A program made the translations under genes and the position numbers. The notes beneath the pieces were generated by a model. That model made no database searches and was not told the DNA's origin. It saw nothing but the letters and a program-made list of their open reading frames with translations. A DNA stretch of 63,120 nucleotides, the filler included, from Octopus bimaculoides (taxonomy: Eukaryota): the NCBI RefSeq assembly GCF_001194135.2. It is 5 parts of 5 records of this genome, joined end to end, with 100 filler letters (N's around TTAATTAATTAA, not from the genome) between each part and the next. Parts side by side here need not be neighbours in the genome. Positions count along the whole stretch, not along the records: positions 1 to 16,814 come from NC_068985.1; 4 more parts are not named here. One strand, 5' to 3'. Below are positions 1 to 10,559 of this stretch, piece after piece. The stretch's first letter is position 1. Every line of letters begins with the position of its first letter.

Positions 1-45
<45 letters not shown>

Positions 46-109
46 ATATATATATATATATACATATACATACAAATATATATATATATACACGCGCGCG
101 CGCATCTAG

Positions 110-143
110 TCAGACAGACAGACAGACAGACAGATAGACAGAC

Positions 144-210
<67 letters not shown>
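110..210 (+). repeat. (GACA)n/(GATA)n microsatellite
   Basis: Direct tandem tetranucleotide repeats following (TA)n/(TG)n at the window start. Confidence 0.95.
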
Positions 211-212
<2 letters not shown>

Positions 213-297
213 TGGCCGGTCTGTGAGGTTACCCAGAGTTTCAAGTTCATAAAGCGCTTAGTTTTACAGCATCTCTTTAGACCGGCCATAACTATCT
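204..297. mobile_element. Miniature inverted-repeat element (about 90 bp)
   Basis: TATGGCCGGTCT (211-222) and AGACCGGCCATA (279-290) are a perfect 12-bp inverted repeat, extendable to 19 bp with one mismatch; TA at both ends. Confidence 0.5.
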
Positions 298-410
298 AAT
301 TACTCTACTGCTCTATCTGTGTTTCTCTTCCGAATTCATGATTTACTGACGATATACATACATACACACACATATATATATATATATATCTGTAAAAATA
401 AGAATTTTCA

Positions 411-487
411 ATGGCCAGATAACTGAAGAGATAGCGGCGTGGGTTTCCGCCCCGGCATCCGAAACTCGGAGTTTTATCATGGCTACC
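411..487 (+). ncRNA. Type I hammerhead ribozyme
   Basis: Stem I GAUAA(418-422)/UUAUC(474-478), extended by GGCCA/UGGCU. Core CUGAAGA 423-429, multi-helix stem II 430-460, GAAA 461-464, stem III ACU-cgg-AGU, GUU cleavage triplet 471-473. Confidence 0.8.
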
Positions 488-610
488 GAATAAGTGTCAC
501 ATATTTTTACAGATAAATTCCTTTATTTACATAATATCAAGGTCTCTTTCTTTCTTTTGTTGTCTTTTCTATCAATATATATATTTATATTTATATTTAT
601 ATATATATAT

Positions 611-758
611 GACGTACTTCTCTCAATTTACGTCGACCAAATTCACTTACAAGGCTTTTTGGTCGGCGCGGGGACAAGTAGAAGACACTTGTCCAAAGTG
701 CCATGTATTGTGAGTGAACATAGAAGCAAACTTCTGACCACAAAGCCACGCCTGCGCC
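611..758 (-). mobile_element. tRNA-derived SINE family A, 5' half
   Basis: Matches the other copies in the window (ttggtcggc...agtagaagacacttgtccaa, head gccacgcctgcgcc). Confidence 0.8.
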
Positions 759-1136
759 TGTATCTGTGACATGAAAGTTGAACTTTTGAAAAAATTGTGA
801 TGTATCAAGTATGTATATGCCAAAATTGTTTTTTATTGTTTTTAAGATTAAGTTCTGAAATAAACACCATCTGGAAGGTATTTGCCAAACGTTTCATTAA
901 AAATTGTTTTATTTTCTTGAAAGTTATGAGGAAACAATGTTGGGACAGGGTACAGTTGTGTGTGTATGTCTAAATAGGATCGGTTTTAAGCCAATTAGAC
1001 AGATTTGTTCAAATTGGGCCCCGCACACACGCTCGGGTGGAGGACGCTATGATAAATTAAGCATTTCCTAATGTCTTTATTTGTTTCTGCTATAAGATAC
1101 GATGCATCCAGAGTTCAGTGCATGTGTATCACTCTG

Positions 1137-1353
1137 TGGTTTTGTTGGAGTCTCAAAATTGAAAGCAATTTTATTTGGGAAAACATTTATATATGGAAAA
1201 TATTGCCATCGAAAAAATATAAAAATATAAAATATTTATTTATTTTTTAAATATTTATGTATATATTCTTATGCGTTTTCGATGATAATGTTTTCTACAT
1301 ATCAATGCTTTCCCAAATAAAATTACTCTCCATTCTAGAAACCCCGACAAAGC
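1137..1353. mobile_element. Foldback/MITE with about 75-bp diverged terminal inverted repeats
   Basis: 1141-1215 aligns by eye to the reverse complement of 1276-1351 (shared aattttatttgggaaa, catcgaaaa). Confidence 0.6.
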
Positions 1354-1402
1354 TATGAGGTGATACACAAGCATACAACTGCGAGTGCATTGCATCTTTT
1401 CG

Positions 1403-1589
1403 CAACATCGCTTGACAACCGATGCTGGTGTGTTTACGTCCCCCTAACTTAGCGGTTCGGCAAAAGAGACCGATAGAATAAGTACTAGGCTAACAAAGAA
1501 TAAGTCCTGTGTTCGATTTGCTCGAATAAAAGGTGGTGCTCCAGCATGGCCGAAGTCAAATGACTGAAACAAGTAAAAGAGTAAAAGAG
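1403..1589 (+). mobile_element. SINE family A, 3' half
   Basis: catcgcttgacaaccgatgctggtg...ctccagcatggcc...gactgaaacaagtaaaagagtaaaagag, the same as the other copies. Confidence 0.9.
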
Positions 1590-2877
1590 TATATATATAT
1601 ATATATATATATATATAAGTCAGTAAATAGTGGGGTTGTGTTAACTGCACGTGGAGAGATAATAGGAAAATGAAAAAAAGGCAGAATGCTAAACTGGAAG
1701 CATATTTTAATAAAGATTTCCCTTTCTATCAATGTAAAGACAGAATCTCCACACAAGAAAGAATCAACAAGGAGAATCTTTTCATAGAGAAANNNNNNNN
1801 NNNNNNNNNNNNNNNNNNNNNNNNNNNNNNNNNNNNNNNNNNNNNNNNNNNNNNNNNNNNNNNNNNNNNNNNNNNNNNNNNNNNNNNNNNNNNNNNNNNN
1901 NNNNNNNNNNNNNNNNNNNNNNNNNNNNNNNNNNNNNNNNNNNNNNNNNNNNNNNNNNNNNNNNNNNNNNNNNNNNNNCTTATTTTTCCTACCAGTTTAT
2001 ACATGAACTACTATTGAACTTCAAAAGCTCAAAGACAATATAATGTATGGGTATATTTATTTTTTTATATGTTATTTTCTTCATTTTGTACTTCTTTGTA
2101 AAAAAACATTTTCATTCTCCTTCTTCTTGATAATTTGCTTTTCGCAATGAAAACCGGTTAGAAGAAATCTTTATTAAAATATGCTTCCAGTTTAGCATTC
2201 TGCCTTTTTTTCATTTTCCTATATATATATATATATAAACATGGTCTGGTTTTCATGTTTTTTTTTTATGGTAATTTTAACATTAAAAAAAAATTTTGTA
2301 ATGCTCATAAAGTTAAATTAGCGCTTTCATATATAGTGTAATCATCAAATTTCAAATGTGTTTAACTGTCAATTGAGTTCTTGGCAACTTTAGTACCTCT
2401 TAGAACGCTCCAGCAAGTTGAATTTTTAGAATATCTTTTTGACCAATCTGCATGCATTTAAGCATCACGGTTTGCCAGGTGTACTGATATTCCGTAACTT
2501 GTTTATATTTATTTGCTAGAGATATTTTTAAGTGTGGTGTAATGTCATAGTTTTAATCTTATAATTTATCTTTTGCATGCTGTTTATATTCTGAACCTAG
2601 TTGCTTTTGTATCATTATAACTCCTTCTGGAAGTCTGTGACACCAGAGATCCATAATTTTGTCTCTTAACTTTTGTTTTGGTTTTCGATAAATAATAAAT
2701 CTTAATTCGTCTTCGTCTGCTTCATTTTCTTCGTTATTTTTCAGAGGAAGGATTTCGTTTTCATTTGGAAGAAATTGTTCTTCCTTACTTGTTTTTGTTA
2801 TTTTTACGTTTTTTACTATTTCTGAGATTTTTCATATTTTCAATGATTGTTCGTAAATATTCATCGATAATTATTTG

Positions 2878-3090
2878 TTCTTCCTCATTAGCCGAATACC
2901 ACAAGGTTCAACGAAACCTACCAAAGCAAGCCAGCGCGCTCGCAGCATTACCACGGGCAATGGCTAGGCTAAGGCGTTGGAAAAGCCAAGCGCCCTCACA
3001 ACATCACCTGACACCTTGGAGAGGCGAGCTGTCAACGATGACAAGAACTTCGCGGTGAGGCGCCCAGTCCCTCCAAACGTCTCAAATTGA
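2878..3090 (+). repeat. GC-rich dispersed repeat, copy 1 of 3 (unclassified)
   Basis: Close match (roughly 90% by eye) to the reverse complement of 5900-6115. Confidence 0.85.
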
Positions 3091-3490
3091 GATACTGGGC
3101 ATAAATATATTTCACTTACTATTCCAAGAGATTTGGCTGCTGGTGTTCCGGAAACTGGTGTTCATTGTTCTTTTTGCTGATACTCTTCATTGCTTTCGCT
3201 TTTCTTGTTTTTGCTCAAAGTTCCTAATTCTTCAGCTCTAAGATGTGAATTATTCCGACAGATATAACGAGTAAGCTTTCTATCCTTTGTCATCAATCTT
3301 TGTCTAGACGTCTTTTAACAAGTACAGTTTCAGTATGATTTTATAGCTTTTGCTGGTCATTAAGAGTTGCAAATTCATTCCGATTGACCCTGACAACATG
3401 CTACATTTCGTTAAGCCTGCTTTAACTATTCTCCCAAACTGAGACAAAATTCACTACAAGTCATGGGTCTAAGTTGTGTCCGATGTCTCT

Positions 3491-3708
3491 TGGCGAGCTA
3501 GCAGAATCGTTAGCACACTGGGCGAAATGCTTAGCAGTATTTCGCCTGTCGCTATGCTCTGAGTTCAAATACCGCCGGGGTCGACTTTGCTTTTCAACCT
3601 TTCGGAGTCGATGAAATTAAGTACCAGTGAAACAAATGGGTTGATGTAATCGACTAGCCTCCACCCCAAAAATTTCAAGGCCTTGTGCCTTCAGTAGAAA
3701 GGGTTATT
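3491..3708 (+). mobile_element. tRNA-derived SINE family G (gcagaatcgttagca / gtcgactttgc / aagtaccag type), full length
   Basis: A/B-box-like head, central ctttcggagtcgatgaaattaagtaccag domain, agtagaaagggttatt tail; several other copies in the window. Confidence 0.9.
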
Positions 3709-3892
3709 AGGCGATCTTTCAGTACGAGTTCCTAAATATCGGCCTTTTCCGTAAAAAGTGTCTTCGGCGATCTTTACCAAAGATCAGCCTTTTCCGTAAC
3801 ACCCGCACGATCTTCACTACGGTGTTAGGGTTAGGGTTTTAGTGTCAGGGTTAGGGTTAGTGTTTAGAACTCGTACCGAAAGATCGCTGATA
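3705..3892. mobile_element. MITE with about 30-bp TIRs containing TTAGGG repeats
   Basis: tattaggcgatctttcagtacgagttcctaaa (3705-3736) versus the reverse complement of tttagaactcgtaccgaaagatcgctgata (3863-3892); TTAGGG-like units at 3825-3860. Confidence 0.75.
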
Positions 3893-5894
3893 CCTGTTAC
3901 TGAGACGCCCATAGTCGGGCGAAATCACGTTATCTGGTAGTTCCGGTGGTTGTAGCAGACAGTTCTTGACTGTCAACGATGTAAATTCGAGTGCTTTTAT
4001 GTAGCACAAGTCCATACGAGAAGACCTCTAAAGGTAAATAACACAGTAGTCTGTGGTCTAACTCAACCTCCACGTTAAGTTGGAGACCAAGGTTGCTTTT
4101 TCATACTAATACTGCTTCTGTCGCTACTAATTATATTATTGTTGTTGTTGCTTTGTTATCGTGATTGTTATCAATTTTATTGCGAATACTTTTGCTATAG
4201 TAATAACACTGTAAAAACAAGAGTAATAACATTAATTATCGTTTCTACTTTAGGCACTCGGTCGGAAGTTTCGAGTAGAGTGTTTGATCGATAACTTCGA
4301 TCCCGTTACATGACTGGTACTTTATTTTATTCACTCCGAATTCATTAAAGGTAAATTTGAACAGAAAAATGAAGGATTTAAACTCATACAAGAGAGGAAG
4401 AGAAACTGAAAAAGTAATGAGTCGAGTTTGCGAACTTGATGAATGTTCTTAAAGAAATCACGCCATTTCTGAAAACCACTTGTCGCCGGCTATATCACAT
4501 TAGTTAATTGCAGTATATTGTAGTATCTGAAACCTTAGCATCAGGTATTAAGTACTTTTATCTCCTATATATGTCAAACTTATATCTGTTACGCACACTG
4601 ACGCAAAGAGAGAGATGCATACACATGCACACACACGTTTTGATATAGAAAGGTATGCTCAATACATGCTGCCGAGTTTATTCATTGAATGCTGATTATT
4701 CAATACGTCTCTACATCATGTAAATGAAAGATATTTTGCCGTCTGAAGGACTACACATATCAAAAGGATAACACGTAACGAGAATCGCTGAGTAATGGTT
4801 TGCAATGAATATCAAATTAAATTATTGACTTTAGAGAAGGAGGAGGAAAGATGGGAGGAGAGGTATATTATGAAAATATGTCTAGGATAAAGGCATTATT
4901 AAGTAAAGAAATTTAGCAGATAGATGAATGAATGAATCCAGGAGGAAAAAAATCACTGGAAAAAGTGGGAAAACCATAAGACTAGCAAAGTTTCTTCGTG
5001 ACGTCGACTGGAATATTCGTCTTAGTCTCAACATTAAAAATATTGAATATACTTCTAACGCCACGATACAATGCAAGGTGTCTTCAATCTCTACGTTATG
5101 TATTGTCAATAAATGATTTAATTTTTTTGTTTCATTGTCTTATTTTATTTAAGAAATTGAATTAAAGGTTATTTTTTTTTTCTTCACATGTGTAATGCCA
5201 TCGTATATAAACTGTGTACAAGTCTATCAGTTAATAACCGATTTTAAACAGTTTTTGTTTTATTGCTTTGTTTATAGCATTTTTAAATAAAAACTCATTT
5301 TTTTCCAGTTCGCAGTGACTTCTTTCCCACGAAAATTATGACATTTTCTCTTTTTTTTCTGTAACTTTTTTCCTTTGACTTCCTCCGGACACCAACGAAA
5401 CAACAAATGGTTGTAAGTTGTGTTAACAAACATTCAGCGATTTTTGTTCGTGATCCGAAGTACATTCCACTGTTTTGTTTCCTTTATCTCATTTACTCAG
5501 AATAATTTTCTGTGCAGAAATTCACTTGAAATGTATATTGTTGTGTGAGAAACATCAGCTGTGCTTACTGTAAACGATCTGTTTTACCTTTTTTCCTTCG
5601 TAATCAATAGAAGAATATCCTTCTGATGTTATGTTTGTCCAGTATCAGTTTCGTCTAATACATGAAGCAAGCCATTTCAGTCATGAATATTTTTATGTAT
5701 TGCAAAATATGCTTTAAGAAACTAGCATCAGTTACGAACTCTAGGGTATATATCGCATCACCTATCACATTTTAATATGATGAAACGCCACTGAGACTCT
5801 TTTGCTCCGTCCCACATCCTGGATGCTGCAGTAAATGGGAGGGTCACTGCTTCCGTAGCCGAACAGAACAAAACCTTGACAGTGAACTATCTCT

Positions 5895-6290
5895 TCCAAA
5901 CTTTGTCGTTTGAGACGTTTGTAGGGACTGGGCGCCTCACCGCGAAGTTCTTGTCATCGTTGACAGCTCGCTTCACCAAGGTGTCAGGTGATGTTGTGAA
6001 GGCGCTTGGCTTTTCCAACGCCTTAGCCTCGCCATTGCTCGTGGTAATGCTGCGAGCGTGCTGGCTTGCTTTGGCTGGTTTCGTTGAACCTTGTGGTGTG
6101 CGACCAATGGAAGTACTTGGTGCTGCATTCATATTTTTTCCTCTTTTCCTTCCCCCTTTTTCTTTTTTTCGTATTTCTTTTGCAAAAACTTTTTATGGAA
6201 ATCATGACAATTGTTTAAAATACACAGTTTCAGTATTGTTTTCAATGAAGTACCAATCAAGTAAAAAAAATATATATTGAGTAACGTTTT
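5895..6290 (-). repeat. GC-rich dispersed repeat, copy 2 of 3
   Basis: Reverse complement of 2878-3090. Its A-rich upstream part also resembles 6370-6575. Confidence 0.85.
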
Positions 6291-6369
6291 ATTCGATTTA
6301 TGTCATTGGAGTAATATTAAAATCCTGTTCATACACAAAGTTAGTTTTTATTGGAATTTAACTCATGTA

Positions 6370-6575
6370 TTTGGTACATACATAATACAAAACCACATTA
6401 AAAATACAAATCCAACACTGGGAGAAAAATGGGAAAAGAGGAACAAAGAAGGAAAAAAGGAAAAACATCAATTCATCAAAAAATAGCATCAATTGAACAC
6501 CAAATGCCTCAATTGGTCACATGTCACATGGTTCAACGGAACCAAATAAAGCAAGCCAACTCGCTAGAGCGTCAC
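6370..6575 (+). repeat. Diverged partial copy 3 of the same repeat
   Basis: caattggtcacatgtcacatggttcaacggaaccaaataaagcaagcc matches cattggtcgcacaccacaaggttcaacgaaaccagccaaagcaagcc. Confidence 0.65.
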
Positions 6576-9152
6576 TAACACATAGACAACCTCCTGTTGG
6601 CCATGTTATCTGTTGCTGATGTTTTTAACACTTTTAAGTTAACAATATTTCTGAATCTGACTTTTGTCACAGTTAAAATGTTACCTTTACGATAGTGTGT
6701 TAGCACTAGTATGTGTGTGAACCTGTATGGATATGTATATGTGTGCGGGATCCTTCTGATTTGACGGGCACCACTTGTTTTCTTAACGAAACACTTTCAA
6801 ACTTGGGATACTGGTAGAATGTGTCATATAAAACATCTTTTTCTCTTAGCCTTCTTATCAAAAATTTCTTCTTAATAAGTTATTTCATGTTAAAGTTGTA
6901 TTTCTGTAATTTCCACCAATCACTGACGTCTATTCAGCTGAATACAGTTACTGCTGTTTTTGTAAACAATAATTTTTGCCAGTGTCAAGAGTGTTATTTC
7001 TCCTCATTTGTTGCATATAATTTGCAGATTTTGTTGTTTAAGATTCTGTATCAATAGAATAGAACAACCCTAGGTCTCTTATCGTAGGCAAAAAGCACCC
7101 CCATTTCTGGCCGAAATCTTACTACAATTGAACTATCTACGTACAAAATGAGCTATATTCAGACTTTGTGCAAGAGAAGGGTGATAATGAAGTATTTTTT
7201 TAAACTTTGACTCACTGCTCCAAAGTGAGACCAGGACATAAAATCAAGGAAAACGATATTGTTTGTGAAAAATCAAAGTAATGTGTATTACTAAGATCCT
7301 GACGTGATCGGTGAAAGCAAATAACAAATTCGGATTCAGCTCGAAAAAGTGCTGCAGAAATATTTGTGTATTCAACAGAAACATTTCCATTCCCGAATTC
7401 TGTAGGTCTGTGTATATATTTTAATATATACATATATTATATTATAACACACACACACACACACACACACCTTCGTTGCCAGGTAATTTTCACAATAGAA
7501 TACCTTGGCAAACATTCAGAATAGCACGCCCCATAAGTTGGATTTCTCCATTTTGATGCGGATTTTTCAATTTTTCTTTTTTTTTTTTACCACACCCTTG
7601 CAAATGATGGGGGGAAAGCTTTTTATGAAAACAAAATTTTCTATGAATCCNNNNNNNNNNNNNNNNNNNNNNNNNNNNNNNNNNNNNNNNNNNNNNNNNN
7701 NNNNNNNNNNNNNNNNNNNNNNNNNNNNNNNNNNNNNNNNNNNNNNNNNNNNNNNNNNNNNNNNNNNNNNNNNNNNNNNNNNNNNNNNNNNNNNNNNNNN
7801 NNNNNNNNNNNNNNNNNNNNNNNNNNNNNNNNNNNNNNNNNNNNNNNNNNNNNNNNNNNNNNNNNNNNNNNNNNNNNNNNATTTAAAAGTGATGGGAGAA
7901 GCCTTGAAGGTTAAAAAAAATTTCGGACATCAGCAATCACCATTACAATCCCTACTTCCATTCTTTTCAAACGGAAAATGAAATGTAATTTGAAAACAAT
8001 ACTGATTTTTTTTTTTTCATTAACCTCTGCCCCCTCACCCCCATTAATCCTAAAATTTGAACTTTTTAAATCATAGTTTTAAAATACGAGCAAGCTTAAT
8101 TTCCAATTTGTTTTTGTTTAGAATTTCAAACTAATTATCGGACAAAAAGATGTATGATTTAAGGGAGATTTAGCTGTTGTTTCCAGCATATCCCACGACC
8201 ACCTGGTACCTTGCTCGTTTCTTGGTCACAAGTGTTAATGTTTTTAGATATTTTTTTAATAAAAAAACACATTTTATGGAAGGATGATGCAACGGTCCAT
8301 TGATGGGATTTAAGCAGCAACAACAAAAAAAATTTATAATTTAAAATTCTAATCCTCCACCACACACCAAGTGAGCCTGTGTGTTTGTGTAAGAAAATTA
8401 TATTTACTAACAGAAAAGTATGCTATTAAAATAAATTATTATTTTACATACCTTTTTAAATCACTCTGTTGCCCTAATGAAATTCTTTATACATGCATAC
8501 ACACACTCAGCATGAGCTGAGAGAGAGAGAGTGTAGTAAATATAAATAGAGAGAGGAAAGTTTACATGAGAAAAGCAAAAAATGAAAGAGATAGACAAAT
8601 AGAGAGATCTTTTCTCTTGCTATCACAGATTCAGAAATTTTAAAATTAAGTGAAAATTTTCAAATTTGGTGTATTGATGTACTTTTTCATGCTGAATCTG
8701 AATTTATGATTCATTCATTCCAGAAAATTTTTAGAAAAATGTTACAGAGGTTTAAATTTGATAATTTACCCAGGATTTGTGCATAATAGCTGTGATAAAA
8801 TTAATGTAAACATTAGATGAAGTTTTAAACAAAATTAAAGCAATGTGTGAGAGGTATTACATAAGATAATGGTTAAGAGTGTAGTAAATAATAGTGAGAG
8901 ATAGATTTATGGTGACAGGTAGAGAGTAGGGGAGTTGATCTAAAAGTTGAGTTATTTCTCATAGCAAATTATATTTTCTTAATATTATTTACAAACGACC
9001 TTCTCTTTGAGACAGAGATTTCAAAAAACAAATTCATTTTCCTTGAGGACACACCATTTCAGAGACTTTTGAGGCTAAACACAGATACGTAATCACATAC
9101 ACTTGCATTTATATAGTACATGTATATATACGAGTATGTGTTTGCGTATTTA

Positions 9153-9437
9153 GTGCCATTGTTGCCAGTGCCACCTGACTGGCTCCTGTGCAGGTGGCAC
9201 GTAAAATACACCATTTTGAGCATGGTCGTTGCCAGTACCTCCTGACTGGCCTTCGTGCTGGTGGCACGTAAAAGCACCCACTACACTCTTGGAGTGGTTG
9301 GTGTTAGGAAGGGCATCCAGCTGTAGAAACTCTGCCAAATCAGACTGGAGCCTGGTGTAGCCATCTGGTTCACCAGTCCTCAGTCAAATCGTCCAACCCA
9401 TGCTAGCATGGAAAGTGGACGTTAAACGATGATGATG
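9153..9437 (+). mobile_element. SINE family B with RTE-like 3' end
   Basis: gtggttggtgttaggaagggcatccagctgtagaaac core; 3' end ccaacccatgctagcatggaaagtggacgttaaac(gat)n. Confidence 0.85.
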
Positions 9438-9769
9438 GTGAAAGTCAGCCACTTCTTAGAATCAAGAGTCCACCAAATTCCTAGGTATAAATTTGTTTTG
9501 GCAGGATGAAGTATTGCACAGCACTGAGCCCAGTTTTCAGTACAAACAGCAATAACACCTGTGACACAACAGAGACTGAGACAACCAGAAACCACCAGTA
9601 CTTCAAGTTTTTTATACAACTTTACCTTCCTCTAAGAAATTCTAAGAAAAACTAGGGGTCCTTCACTCCCATATACACATACATACATATATCTGTCTGT
9701 GTGTATAAATGTTTACATATATATGCATACATACACACATACATTATACACACGCACACACACATATGT

Positions 9770-9945
9770 ATGGTACTGGTGCCATGTAAAAAGCACTCAG
9801 TCCACTCTGTTGGTGTTAGTAAGATCATCCAGCTGCAAAAACCATGCCAAAACAGACAGTGAAGTCTGGTGCAGTCTTCTGCCTAGCCAGCCCCTGTCAA
9901 ACTGTTCAACCCATGCCAGCATAGAAAATGGAGATGATGGTGATG
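9770..9945 (+). mobile_element. SINE family B, diverged copy
   Basis: gatcatccagctgcaaaaccatgccaaa...tcaacccatgccagcatagaaaatgga..(gat)n. Confidence 0.7.
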
Positions 9946-10559
9946 ATACATACGTACATACACTCATGTACAATTAACTCTGCGATATTGAATTTAATTC
10001 ATTCCTGAACTTCATTCACTAAATTTCATCAATGAAAATATTTGTATTCAGGAAGAATTTTTTTCTAAAACTTTAACCAAAGACCAAGAGTCAATACTCA
10101 AAGCATTCCTTTAAACATTAATAAATCACAATTAATCAATAAGACAATATATGTATAATGATAAAATATGTAGTAATTCAAAAAAATAGTAAAAACTACA
10201 ATAAATAGATAGAATCAAACTAAAATAAATTAAGTTTTGTACATCATTTCAAAGATATCTCTCATGCAAAGATATAAAGCTAATGAACATTAAACTAATA
10301 TATTAAAAGTGTTATTACAAAATAAATTGCATAAATAATCTGTAAAATGAAGGAATGGTTAATTAAATTTTTAAAGAAAGCAAATCATAAATTTAAAGAA
10401 TAAAAAATTATTAATTAATAATCGAAAAATGACACAGTTTCTCACTTGAGTTTAGTAGGTTGTTCGACCAGAGTGAAGGGTGCCAGGAGGCTGGGGTGGG
10501 GGAATTATTGAGTGGGGAAAAAAGTTATCTCTTCTCAGACTCTTAGGAGAACTTCATTT

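Noticed and set aside
3825-3862. Telomere or fusion site
   Set aside because: Only a few degenerate units, enclosed by MITE TIRs.
5887-6132. Basic 81-aa ORF resembling a histone tail
   Set aside because: No histone-fold motif; it lies in a repeat whose other copy has an in-frame stop.
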